Assembly: GCA_025786725.1 (NCBI GenBank)
Contig: JAHLTZ010000010.1
Location: 434,001-498,000 of the forward strand
Origin: Syncephalis fuscata S228
Lineage: Eukaryota > Fungi > Zoopagomycota
Direction of reading: 5' to 3'
DNA length: 64,000 bases
Part shown: piece after piece, positions 39,671-53,241 of the stretch
Layout: each line of letters begins with the position of its first letter
Numbering within the stretch: the first letter of the stretch is position 1
Program-made: the position numbers and the translations under genes
The notes under the pieces: generated by a model
Seen by the model: the letters and a program-made list of their open reading frames with translations, nothing else
Databases searched by the model: none
Told to the model about the DNA's origin: nothing

Positions 39671-42600
39671 ATGGACCAAACTGACGCAGTATTGCAGCAT
39701 AACTGTATAGTGCGCATAGTACCGTGCAGTCTCAAGCCTTTCGTACGCTGCTAACTCAAATAAAACAACGGCAGCCGGCAGCAATTGAGCAATTGCGACA
39801 GCTATTATTGGACTTGAACGCGCCGTCTCTACCACGAATTGCCGCGTTTTATAGCATACCTCAACTTGTTCGTCTTAATATTATAACATGGCAGGATGCC
39901 CAAGAAATGCTGATACAAGCTGTAACTTTAACGGAACTTTCTCCAGGCGTATCATCTTCACCAACAACGGTAAATGATACGCAACATCAATTTGAACAAG
40001 CTTGTATTGTAGAGGTTCAGCTAGAGTTGGCCCGACTAGTATCACTTCAATCTGGCTCGTTCTCTCTGCCATATAAAACTCGACACCATCCTTTGATTAT
40101 GATGATGGACCGAATAGGAGCGACATTGACGGTTCATTTAATGTTACCGATTATAGAGGATACAATACAGACATTAATCCAGCCACAAGCTAACGACAAA
40201 AATTCTGCCAATTGTCCAACACCAGCAGAGACTGCCGATCGTTTTCTACACTGTGTGCGTGCTCCCCTTATATACGCTATAACAACAGCTGATACTACTA
40301 CGGATGCTGAAGGCATTGTAAGAATACAAACTTGTAGTATGCTAGTAAGACTAGCCCGTCATGTTTATCCATTAAAAACAGCACCGCTTTATACAACTCT
40401 AATTGATATGCTAATTGAAGGCTGGCGATCAGCATTAGCATCTTCACCAGGTCATCCAACAATTATAAGTATAGCTGAAATGATATTGGATGTAAACAAA
40501 TTAGCAATGAATTCATCCATGCCATTGTTGTTATCATCATCATCAGCAGGAGCAGCAGCACAATCATCAAAACTGCCATTGTATTTAAGTGTAGGTGGAT
40601 TAATTTGGGCTGCTTTATTAGACGGCTCCATGGCTCATCAGCCCATTTCTGCATGGATTCGATTGTTGTTAAAATTCTTTACGCATTATGAATTGGATAA
40701 TATAGACAACAATTATCGATATCTTTCTATTGTAGGCACTGCATTTTTATTGTCAACTACTATATTGCCGTCAGATATAGCATATTTACTTAATTTATGG
40801 CAAACTCTAACGGCTAAGACTGTTACATCACGACTAGCTTTGTTAGCAGCATATCCTTTACTGCAACTATCGATGGAAGCAACTACAGTAGAGCTACGCG
40901 CTGAAGCAAAGACTTTATTTGATAAACTTGTTTTTTATACACCTAGCGTGGATGAACCACTCGAAGAAGTAAGTTCCAAGTTTTTTTACTTAATATCATT
41001 AATTTTTGGGTGCTAGTGGCAATCACTTATCGGTGTAATGAAATGGACTGGACAATGGGCTGTACTTGTTCAATATACTCATCAATGGCTGTTTGATAAT
41101 AGCAAAGAAGCAACCAGTATTGATACAACGACACCAATGGGCCGCTTTTTCCATATATCTCAATTATTTGCATCATCTCACTCTCCATCGCTAAATCATT
41201 TTGTTTTTGTTCAGCCTGAGTTGGCACATTTGCCAATTTTATTTCATTTACTAAGAGCAAGCAATGATAAAGCACGTATTGCAATTTTATTGCAAACACT
41301 ACCCCATTTGGCCGTGGATGCTCACGGTACGGCGGTGGTAGTAAAAGTAGCCACAGGCTTATTAGCTTATAGAAAAAACGGCTCATTAGCAGCCATTGGT
41401 CTACGTATGCTATTTGCTACGTGGCGTATTAATCCACGCGTGTGGCGTATTGTCAGATCGACTTGTATCGAATGGGTTCAGCAACGCCAACAATCACCAT
41501 TGGATACTCACCAAACATCTATGGAATTGGCAGTGGTATTTTCCTTAAAGTAAGTTACAACTACAGTTGTAATAACACTTTTGTGATTTATAATATTTCA
41601 TTACTAGAGATGCAATTACACTACGTAGTAAAGAATGTGGAGAAGATGTGTTGTCATTGGTTGCATCATTACTACACTGCCGGCTAACACCAATATCTAT
41701 AGTAGCAATTATTGATATAATTTCTATTTGTGTTCAAACAAATATTGTAGATGTCCGTACTGGTAAGTTAGCATATTATAATATTTAAAATAAAGTACTA
41801 ATTTACTAACTAATAAATAGTATGGACTGTTCTCGTGCTTCCCATTGCCAATCTAGCCAAAAAGCAATATAATTCACGAATTTTATGTGCACTGTGTCGC
41901 TTTTTTAGTTTGGCTGGAAATATTAGAGAAGGCAAGATTAATTGTTATTATACCAATTTTGATGTTAATTATAAATATGTATTATAGACACTGAAGGCTA
42001 TGTTCAATTCAAACAAACAATATTGAAAGATTTTTTATACCCATTTGCTTTTCCTCACATACATCCTGATGGAATAACTGTGGATGACCAAGTGAAAGGA
42101 GCTGCACTCATGGCTTTATCGCACTTTACAATCGAGGATAAAAAGATGATTTTACCAGATTCATCACGCGAATTATTTGCAGATATTCTGGCTCACACTC
42201 ATCCAGCCCATGCTCGCTTCCTTTCATCATTGGTTGAAGAAGAGATAATAAGAATGCGTAGAGGATTAATGAAAGGCAATATGTTATCCAACTCGCTCTC
42301 TAATGGAGAAACTCGCTGGATAGATGCTGTAAAAACATCATTAACTGAGTGGCAACTGCAATGGTCTGCAGGAGACATGCCCACATCATTAGCATCAATA
42401 GGAGCAATAGCCACTTTGCATCGGCTGGAGACTACAAACGATACTACGTGCACTTCACAGCAAATTGGTGATTTAGCACGGGATGCCACATTCTCAGATA
42501 ATTTTATATGGCGTTTACTTGCACTGCCATCCTGGTCAATCTATTTTCAACGACTATTACAACAATCAAATCCCGGAAAGTTAGCCACTATTTGCTATAC

Positions 42601-45587
42601 AAGTATTACAAACCGTCTGGACTCTTGTCGTATACCGAAGGATATAGGCAATTTAATATTTGCACTTGGTGGTATGATAAATAATTACTCTAATTTACAT
42701 GATGTTTATTAATATTCTTATTTAGGATTGGGCTGCGCACTACATCGGTGTACATCACCTGCAGCACCATCGCTCATTTTAAGAAGTGTTCGTCTATTAA
42801 TGAGCGAAAAGAGAAAGCCACAACCTGCTTCAGGCGACTATGCCAACTTTGCCACTACCATTGTACTAGGCCAATTAGTATCATTGCTTGCATTAGACGA
42901 ACCACTTGTGAAGCAAGTAGCAATTCTATTACAACAAGGATTAGCCACCAGTAATACAAGGTATTTGAATAATATAACGCATTAATAGAATTTAATACAT
43001 AATTATTAGAGATGGAGGGGGCCATGAGGGATGGCAATTTGGTATTATGAATGGCATAGCACGTTTGTTGAAAAGTCTTTACGAAGCAGTCACACTATCC
43101 GATCAAAGTTGGGCTTTGCGAGAAGAATTACTAGATTTGCTGATAGCCTCATTGCATCCATCCTACCAGATTTCTGTTTTGGGCAGTCTGGGTGCAGGAC
43201 TGGGGCTGGGCGAATTAAGCCAAATTTTTAAATCCATTCAATCTGTTGTGTATCCAACGGCAGTTCAGTTAATCAATAATGAAATTGGCAATGAACAAAA
43301 ATCAAACAAAATGGCCGGTGCTGCTTGGGTGGTGGCCATGTCAACGACCAAATCTGATAGAGCAACACAATTGGAATTACTAAATAAATTACAATCAACC
43401 ATGCTATTAAATCAGGTAAGTAAAATAGTGTTTATACAATAAATACAATAATTAATTATACCACCATTAAGGAACACTGGACGGAAGGCTGGCCGGCCGT
43501 ACAAGTGGCCCATGCCTATTTATTACACCTACATCTGCAGACTAGTGGACAGCAATCGGCCATTCTTTCAGAATACCATGCTTATATTAATGGACAACTT
43601 GAAGTCATTGAATCATCCAACACACCATCGGCCTATCGACAAATGGCTGTAATGAATTTAGCAGTGGCTCTCGGTTTAAACTGGTCAGTATCAACAAAAG
43701 AAGGTATAGTGCCATTTTATTTTGTCGATGCTTCCACCGAAGCTATTCATCGCTTATGGAAGGCTTGTCTTCCCTCACCAACCATCAATATGCGTGATGT
43801 TAAAAGTAATCGTATGGTGGGCTTAATCATTGTACGCTGGGCTAATGAACTTCAAATGGGACAAGATGTATTCATGAAAGGTATTGGCGGCACTGGTACC
43901 GATAAGAGTAGTAATGAACCACGCGACTTAAGCCGACTGCCATCTACTAGTTATTTGCGTGTTTTGTTTGATATATTAGCAGAAATGGTTCAAGGTAAGT
44001 TTATTACACAGCATAACCATTACTATTTATATATTAATACATCTAATAATAGGTGGATCTGAAAACGAATTCAATATTAAATTACTTGTACAAACACTGT
44101 CCTATGTAACATGGCAATACCCTTCAGTCAATTGGTGGCCAGTTATGTCACGCTTAATAGAATGGCCCTACCAGCCAATACGTCTAGCCACTATTCGTCT
44201 AATCGGTCGGCATGCAATTTATTCGGCCTCATTGCTAAAGGTGCTACAAGTGGCCTTACTTCGATTTGCAACAGAGAAAGATTTAGTCATACGTGGCCAT
44301 TTACTAGGTGAAATGGGTGTTGGTCGTCTACTGACCTTGATCGGCCTTGATTTAGTTCAGCCTCCATCTATTGAGGATACAAGACGGCTAAAATTAAATA
44401 GACAACGAGGCTCAGGTGGAGAAGGCACAGATCAGGCAGCAACTATATCAGCCACTCAAATTCACACGGTACTTGGCGGAATAGAAGAAGTGTTGTTTGC
44501 TGCAAGATATGGATTAAATGATGATCGGCGAACTTACCTCGAAACACTAGCTCGTCATCTTAATAGGACAGAATCAATTAAATATTTATTGTCTACGGAT
44601 AAAGAACAAGCAACAGAGGAAACGGAGGCTGCCGAAGAAACGTGGTACCAAACAAGATTACGATTACGTCAACAACTCATCGATTTATCGAACGAGGAAA
44701 TATACCCTGCCGTTAAAGCCTCGTTGTATCACTTGGAAGAGCTACCAGCATCGGTGCGATTAGCAGCTGATGACAACTAGTTGAATCGAATTATATTCAA
44801 ATAATATGCGCACTAGTTAGTTTGAATCGATTATCGGCTACACGATATTTGGTATTAGTTATGCAAAAAGCACTTGATCAAAAAATATCACATAAGCAAT
44901 TTATCGATACAAGTCATAACGTATTACTGCCTGCGCTTTATGAGGAACAAAAACGAGCCAGATCAACTATGCAATTCACAGCTGAATGGCTTATACGCTG
45001 GCTTGACGTGCTCATTCTACGTGTAGAACAGCCCGATTGGCCTGAAACTGTCCAATGGTTTATACAATACTTATTGCCAGGCACTATTCAAATGGATATG
45101 CAGGAAGAAGAAAGTATTTCGATCAAACGTCAAAGCGGTATAAGGTCTATTAAATTAGAGGATAGCTTAAAATTACTCTATGCCAACGAAGACGGCGAAT
45201 CAACACTTCATTGGCCACAAGCTTTTTACGCCATTACCATTATAGGCGACTTTGTAGTTGAATTGCCACCAGCACTTTATGATTTTCAGTGCCAGGTAAG
45301 TAAAACTCTTATAAAGCTACAATAAGCAACTCGTTAACCCATGCTACACATAGCTGGTCAAGCGATTAATAGCAGTGCATGGATATTGTGTAACAAAGAT
45401 GCAGTCACACTGGCCAGCTCAAACTTCAACGCCTGCTTTCTCTTCTACGCTCTCAACCTCACCATTGTCCATTTTTACTTTCCCTCCGTCGTGCTCTATT
45501 CTCTGGCCATCGCTAATGGAACGTGTCTCGCCCATTTTAACCATTCAAGAAAGGCGTCACTTTAGGTTAAAGGACACCTGCCAATAA
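39671..45587 (+). CDS. Large ARM/HEAT-like protein, focadhesin/RST1 (DUF3730)-like
   Basis: ~5.9 kb multi-exon helical protein. The segment ILLQTLPHLAVDAH..LAAIGLRMLFATWRINPRVW resembles, from recall, the focadhesin DUF3730 region. A probable 1-bp deletion at ~39701 separates ATG 39671 from the long ORF. Confidence 0.55.
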
Positions 45588-45862
45588 TAAATTGACCGGA
45601 AACTTTGAAGGCACCCCTTATAGTAATGGCCAATGTAAAATAATTGGTACTCCGCCCAAGGTTGCCATGATAAATATGGATAAAGAGTTGCATTGTTGTT
45701 TAATAAATATAGACCAAACACAAGCATGTACACACGCCTCAACTCTTCACCTATTTCTGATGGTTTATTTATTCTAAACAGCCTGCCTACCCATTACTTG
45801 TGCCTTACTTTTTATTTTATTTTTTAGGCCGTAGATTGTGTTGTTAAATAGTTAAACTACTT

Positions 45863-47764
45863 ATGACGACGAATTCACGGCCGTGCAGTCCGTTGGCCGT
45901 ATTGCCGACGGAATTGTACTATGAATTACTGCATTTGCTAGACGACTATACAGCTACCCAGCTATTGCTGGTATGTCGGTCACTATTCTTTCCAGTAGCT
46001 CATGATTCGGCGTATTGGCAACGACGCTATCGTTTATCGTATCCAATGCGTCCAGAAGAAGAGGAACTTGATCGTTGGATGAAAGAACGAACTAAAGATG
46101 TAAAATACAATCGGCAGTCACTGCTTGATATTAGATTATCAATGAGTGACGACTTATCTCAACACCATCATCATCAACAACAACAGTATGAACACTTATC
46201 TACTTATTCTTCTACGTATTCTTTAGAAACAGTGCAATTATTATCGCCATTTTATTGGTATTTACACTTAAAGCGCCGTGTTATGCTACAAGAAAGATGG
46301 CGACGTGGTCATTATCAAGTACATCATATACCATTACCGTCACCATCCCTCGCATCTTCCACTGATAAAGAACAAGTTGTTTCAGTAGTAGCTACTAGTC
46401 CCTGGCGTACACTGGTTATTTATCGGCCAATACCGTTAGTAACCACCACAGTTACCATTAATAGCTCTGTATCACCTATTCGATTGGTATCTGTCGAGCA
46501 CACACGTGGTCATTATGACCATCATAAAGGGACATCCCAATCCTTGTCCATACCGGTTGAGCCATCTGTTTATTCGCTACAGGATTATGCGGCTGTCAAT
46601 TCAGCCAAGTCGCCCTACGCTTTAATGAGTCGTAACTATACTGTTGTCTACAATTTGTATCAATATGACTATGCTTATACATGGGTGTGGCATCGTGGCC
46701 ATGAACACCCACTCGCAATACCATCACTACGTAATCGTTGCTGTCGACCACAAACACTGATCGATCACTGGCTATTGGTATTAGTAAAATTCGACAGCTG
46801 TAGTCCAGATGACTCGGTACCAATTTATTTAATTGATTTATCACAATACACAGAAACAGAGACAGAAAAGGACACCAATGAAGCTGAATCGGTTATTCCT
46901 ATTAATATTAAAGGTGGATGTGTTACTTGCCATGTGCAATCGACTGATGAGCTAAGCTGGCGTATATTTACCGGCATGCATCGAAGTGATCGATTTCATT
47001 GGCAGTTATGGGAGGTGTTTCTGCCAAATAGAAGTGCGGAAGATACGTCGACACGTCAAGAGCGAACAGTACTTGTTGCCAGTGGCTGTATACCGGAACC
47101 GGAACCATTATCGGCTTTTAGCAATGCGGTTACGTATATGGACACTTGTCATAGTGTTATCGTTGATTGGCGACCCGAATTTAGCACAACTTGCCAGTAT
47201 TCACGCTATGATCTGACGGGAGAAACACCGCTTACCAATCTTTGGCTAACTGATCGCCAATACTCGCTTGACTGGCATCATTGCAGAGCGCCGGCCCGTC
47301 GTACACTCTCCTCGACGCTTTTTATCGATCAGCAAGCTGGACAAGTAAGAATGGATACCGATAAACTTGTATCAGATATGAATAGACAATTAGCTCGCAA
47401 TAGGAATGCTTATCTTTGTCGGGTGGCCGGTGCACTGCGTATTGCCGGTAGTGTATCGCGTGGCTGGTATTTGGTCGAGGAACCGAATCAGCATTGTCGC
47501 AATTCAGATGTACTCGAGACGAAAGAACAAGGCGATCGTTACCGAATACTCTGGCAACTCCCGCTAACGCTCACCAATCGACTACATCATCATGCATGTG
47601 CAACGCATGTATGTTCCGTTGAAAACAGTCATTCAGGCATTGTGCGCAGTAATAGTGATGGAATGCATGTGAAGAGCAACGATCAGCCAATACTGACCCT
47701 TTTGGATATAGCCGGTGCTTGTTGTCAATCATCTTTGATAATAGTTTTCCTTCGCCTAGCATAA
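45863..47764 (+). CDS. F-box-like protein with uncharacterised beta-rich C-terminus
   Basis: N-terminal LAVLPTELYYELLHLLDDYTATQLLLVCRSL..YWQRRY matches the F-box pattern; 633-aa uninterrupted ORF. Confidence 0.7.
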   Translation: MTTNSRPCSPLAVLPTELYYELLHLLDDYTATQLLLVCRSLFFPVAHDSAYWQRRYRLSYPMRPEEEELDRWMKERTKDVKYNRQSLLDIRLSMSDDLSQHHHHQQQQYEHLSTYSSTYSLETVQLLSPFYWYLHLKRRVMLQERWRRGHYQVHHIPLPSPSLASSTDKEQVVSVVATSPWRTLVIYRPIPLVTTTVTINSSVSPIRLVSVEHTRGHYDHHKGTSQSLSIPVEPSVYSLQDYAAVNSAKSPYALMSRNYTVVYNLYQYDYAYTWVWHRGHEHPLAIPSLRNRCCRPQTLIDHWLLVLVKFDSCSPDDSVPIYLIDLSQYTETETEKDTNEAESVIPINIKGGCVTCHVQSTDELSWRIFTGMHRSDRFHWQLWEVFLPNRSAEDTSTRQERTVLVASGCIPEPEPLSAFSNAVTYMDTCHSVIVDWRPEFSTTCQYSRYDLTGETPLTNLWLTDRQYSLDWHHCRAPARRTLSSTLFIDQQAGQVRMDTDKLVSDMNRQLARNRNAYLCRVAGALRIAGSVSRGWYLVEEPNQHCRNSDVLETKEQGDRYRILWQLPLTLTNRLHHHACATHVCSVENSHSGIVRSNSDGMHVKSNDQPILTLLDIAGACCQSSLIIVFLRLA

Positions 47765-48990
47765 ACAAGAAATCGATGTTTCCACATTCATCAAATGAAT
47801 ACAAAAACTTATGGTCGCGAATACGTCAATTTATAAGTAAATATTCATGAATGCAATAATCTATCACTAATATTTGTATTAACTGGTTATATAAATAAAA
47901 CATTTTTTATATTATATTCGATTACAATAATAACACTTACACAGTTAGACTACATATACTTTTATTAACATGAAAGTGAATGGTGAAAAATACTAATGAT
48001 TAAATCATTTAATCATTTAGTGTACTTTGGGTGCCAAATGACTTTATTTAATAACATTCGCGTAATTGAATTAAATATTTGTTCTATTGAACATAATGCT
48101 GGGTGATGAGTAACATCAAAACTTAAAATACTCATCATTATAGATTCATTATCCAATATGCATATATTCACCTATATTATTTCCATCCTATTCCACATTA
48201 CTATATGCCATTCTATAATATATTAGATACACTCTACTGTTTATATATTCCAATACACTTTACTCCATTCATTACATTATATACACTATCATTTCAAAGG
48301 TGTTTTACAAGCTTTTTCACAATATATTTATATAATTTTACATATTATTCTACACTCGCCTAGTCTTCCTCTACCCAAAACTGTTTTTACTTTTGTTCTA
48401 GCTTTATTATTTATAAATCTCGACTAATTCCGTTCATTGATCATGCATATATGCTCCAACTTTAACACTGCTAATCACGCACTTTCACTTGCATATTCAC
48501 TATTTTACATGTTATTATATTATATTTTGGCTACATACAACCTAAATATGCTATTCATTTGATTTTAGCACCAATATGGACAAAGTTAAGCTAATGTCAC
48601 TCGTTAGACTCATTAGACTAGATCCACTCTAGCTTCAACATTGCTATTCATGCTTTCCTTACTGTATATTTGTACTTTTCTAAATAGCTATATACTATGG
48701 TAAACACACTTATTGTAGTCCTCTGTTTAACCTCTGTTTATTTTGCTCTTTGAATCATACGTACTGATAAAGCGAATAATGTAGGTATGTACATAAACAT
48801 ACTCTTTTATTAAAATGTATTATGTTGCTTGTTTATAAATAGTTATTGCTAAATTGCTTAGCTCTATTTAGTTACAACTTAGATGGTAGCCAAGCAATAA
48901 ATGTTCGTAATAACAACTAAAAATTGTAAAAATATTTTTAAAATTTAAATTTAGGAATATATAATAACTAGTTAATTAATTTTTATGGAA

Positions 48991-49063
48991 GCTTCCTTGG
49001 CTCAGTTGGTAGAGCGTCAGTCTCATAATCTGAAGGTCGCCAGTTCGAGCCTGGCAGGGAGCA
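48991..49063 (+). tRNA. tRNA-Met(CAT), elongator type
   Basis: GCTTCCT/GGGAGC acceptor stem, D arm GCTCAGTTGGTAGAGC, anticodon arm TCAG-TCTCATAAT-CTGA, GTTCGAG T-loop, downstream T-run terminator. Confidence 0.95.
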
Positions 49064-52000
49064 TACTGTTTTGCTCCATTTTAAACGGAGTAGCAAGCCA
49101 TTTTTGGTACAAATTTGCTTTTTTGCTGCAGTTTTATTCGATATGCAATATAGATTTCGCAGCTGCAAGAGGTTGTTTTGTAGTATATTGACAGCTGTTC
49201 AAATTTACGCAGTATTTGTGCTACGTTTATTACTGTCTTTATAATAAATACTAGCGTTTTATACTCTATACTGCTTTTCCATTATTAAAAATATTATTCT
49301 GATATACTCCTTTTTTTAGTTACGGAACGATAGTTATACTTTAATATTTATATTAATAGTAATTATGTATATGATTAATATCAATAAAATTTATGCCATT
49401 TATCTAATAGTTTCACGTTTATTGGTGGTACCTAAGTACTTGCTTAAATTTTACAATAAATGCTAGTTATTCTATATGTAGTATAAATTATTTATTGCTA
49501 ATTATATGATTGTTTTGTGTATTAATAAATTTTCACGTCTAGTTAAGCTACATTATACATTTATACTGCATTTATTATTGTATTTAATAGTATACATTAG
49601 TTTTTACACATTCAACATATTACGAAATCGTGTTATAGAATAATGGTTAGTTAGCTACCATTGCGCTATAAATACTAATAACTGCACAACACGATAACTA
49701 GAGCTACCTATAATTCTACTGGCAATAAATTTACACTTTGCCATTATATTCAAGTAATTATAAAATATATTATCTCTTTTTTAAAATAAACAATATAACA
49801 TCTGTTTATAAATTATTGTTCATTTTATTAGAATAATTTTACTAGTTAATCACTAATGTGTAAAGTAGCATTAACATAGTAGAATTAGCAGCAAATAAAA
49901 TGTTTATGGATAACTAAGTTGAAGTTACAATATGTATGGTTCAATGAGTGAAATAAACTGAAATATATAATAAATAGTTTTTATCGATATAATATGTTCA
50001 GTATATAATGCAATAATATGTATTAGGCTAAATTTACAGCAATAATGATATGAATATATATATATATATATATTAGTATAATACCATTAACATAAGTAGA
50101 AAAGGCAATTAACTAATAAATAATTAGCACTACTGCCAAAATAAACAGCACAATTGTATTTGTATTGAATATATCTAATTGCAATTGTTAATGTTTCAAA
50201 AAAAGCTATGCTTAGTTAATCAATAAAGGACACTATATATAGTAGTGTTTTAACACAATCAAAGAGACTAAATAACGTACTGCAATGTAGTAGTTTTATT
50301 AATTGTAAAATTATACTATTAGCGCTTTGTAGCCCACCTAGCATATCTAATAGTAGCAGCCTTACACATTGGCGAGCACACCAGGACAGACTTTATCTAT
50401 AAATTTGTCTGTGTAAAAACTAATTAATATTTTGAATGCGCGAATAATGTCATCACATTTCATTTCCATTTCATTTTTTAAAATTCTTCATAATAAAAAC
50501 CAAATTACTAACAGTGGCAATTAAAAAACAGTCAATACTTTCTGTTCGGCTAATTTGTGCTTAGCATCATAGCCTTAAGTTTGGGGCATGAAAGTTGCGT
50601 TAACTTTTGTGTAAGTAGTCATGAAATGGTACATCATATTGTGGTAAAATACTAATACGTATTTGCTGAACTTTGTGGTGACGGTGGTGCCAATATGGAA
50701 CTGGTTGCCTTGGTAAATCCAAATGTTGTTGTGGACATGTTGCGTAGTTTTTCGTACTTGTCAGTTGGTGTATAAAGGTTTTTCAAAACTAAATAAAATA
50801 ACTGTTGCTTGTATAACAATATTACGAGCATATTTAAAAGATTAGCTTGCGTGTAGGACATATTTATAAACAAGGCCTGTCTCGGTGTGCTAGTCAAATG
50901 CAAGTCTGCTACTATTAGGTGTGCATAATGGATAATAAATGTAAATTATTAAGGGGTGGAATTAATAGCATTAATAAACTATTAGCGGTAGAAGGACAGG
51001 GATGCAATTAATACGTGTACGTTTAAATCGGAGTGTGAGAATGACAATCCATTATGCTAATGGCACTTTCGTGACCTGTTTATATAGCGGCCAAATTTAT
51101 TTTATTGCGCTTGTGTTGTCATTTGAGTCATAGAAAGTAAACAAAAATAGCTGAAAAAAAGTTCTAGCTAGCATGTGACAGGTCATGTGTTTATTGATAG
51201 CGTTGCCTTGGTGGCACATCTGTTTATTGACAAGCTAGTTGTGTATGGTCGCCATGGGATGGTCATTGTTATTGATGAAGGTATTTGACTGGATTTCGAC
51301 ATTAATACACCATAATTGATAAGGAAATTATCAAGTATTATTACAAACATAACATTAATATTATTGAATATGTTGCAATATAATTATTTTGCCATTTACT
51401 AAATAACAGGTTTTTGTAATGATTAGCCATATCTATTTAACGCATGACAATCAGGTGACTATTGTATGACCCTCTAAGTTATCACATGAGGTATTATCCG
51501 AATTGTGACAACAATTATTATAAACAGCAATTTTAACACTCAATATTGATTATATCATTATCAACACCGTATTATTATTATTATAGCAACAATAACAATA
51601 ATAGTAATAGTAATAATGATGATAATAATAAGAGACAGTATAGCATTTTTTTATGCGTTACAATTTAATATAGGTTTTAAAAGTATACATTATCTTTATA
51701 TTCGCAGCATACAGGTAACATGCATTTAGTATAAACATACATATGATTATTTACTTTTTAACAAAGCATTGGCATTTGCTATATTATTATTTTATTCTTA
51801 GTCTAAATTATTATCACAATATAAATGAATTAATATTTGTTAAATAAATAAACATGAACTATTATATCCAATTTTTTAAATATACTTTGCTGTTGCATCG
51901 GTATTGGTTTAATAGGTTTGTTAATATATTACAGTGTAATAAAAAAAGTTACGTTAGTGCTTGTTCATGTTACGTGTTAATGGCAATGCAATCAGTTTAC

Positions 52001-52695
52001 AATTAATAGTTGTATTATTACAGTTTTATTCATACTGACAAATACCTCAGCAATGTAATAGTAATTATATATATATATTAGTTAGTACATTCCTATTGAG
52101 TAAAAGCAGTATGTGAAAGCGTGTAAAATGTACGCAAGTGCTACTGTCGTCAAAGTCACTACTTTCTGACTATCGTAGGACTTGATCAATAAAATGTGTG
52201 TGTTAGATAAGACAGTTAACAATTGGATGTAAGATATTGTTTATTGGTTAATAAAATGAGTTGGTTTATATACTAAAATAATTAGTATAACCGTGTGATA
52301 ATAGTAATAATAATAGTAATAATGATACTATGACGTCGGCGATCAATCAACATCGTCATAAGATCATGGGTTAGTCAGGAGTGAGTTCATATGGCTAGTC
52401 ATCGGATTGATCATATGAATAGATAATTCATATGACTAGTCATATGGTGAATATTTGGTGCTGGGTGGAGTAGTGTGTAATTTAGTCAGGCAAAAATTCA
52501 AAGACCGACAGCTACAAGCAGCTACTGTTGCGCAAAAAAGCATTTATATTTACAGCAGATAAAACTAAAAAGCAAAAAAATGCGCATTTGCAGCAAAAAG
52601 TCCCGTTATCTTATAGATAGTAATACCGATAAGTTATTCCAGCCTTGTTTTAGCAGTATTGCTGCTTGTACATGACAAGATATAAACGATACTAT

Positions 52696-52779
52696 TGGTG
52701 TGTGTGAGATTCGAACTCACGCCTTCATACGAAGACTGCAACTTGAGTGCAGCGCCTTAGACCGCTCGGCCAACACACC
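52696..52779 (-). tRNA. tRNA-Leu(CAA)
   Basis: Minus strand GGTGTGTTGGCCGAGCGGTCTAAGGCGCTGCA-CTCAAGT-TGCAG, long variable arm, GTTCGAATC, CACACCA end. Confidence 0.95.
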
Positions 52780-53241
52780 GATAATGTACGGATTGTTGTA
52801 AAACAGTTGTTGGTAATTTATAAAAAAAATATGGTCACGTGATTAAATATACTAAAAGAAAAAATAAATTTAACTTTGTTATTTGCACCCATGTTATTTT
52901 TATTATAAACTATCAAATAATAATGTAAATAACTACAATATATACGTACTGCTAGCCAGTGTGTGATAATGCAATACCGCTTTGTTTGAACTGTTTATTG
53001 CTTACAGTCGTTATTATACATATATACATATACCAGTTACTAGTAGTCTTACAAAAGCTCGATAATAAACTATTAAAGTTATTGGTATAAACTATGTTTT
53101 AAAAGGACAATCAAGTGCCAATTTGTTATTTATTTGTAGTAATACATTGTAGTATAGACATTACAGTAATAGCATTACAATAAGTGTCTTTTGTAGTTAA
53201 TCATTGCTTATATATTTTAGATAAACGTAGTATCCTTTGAT

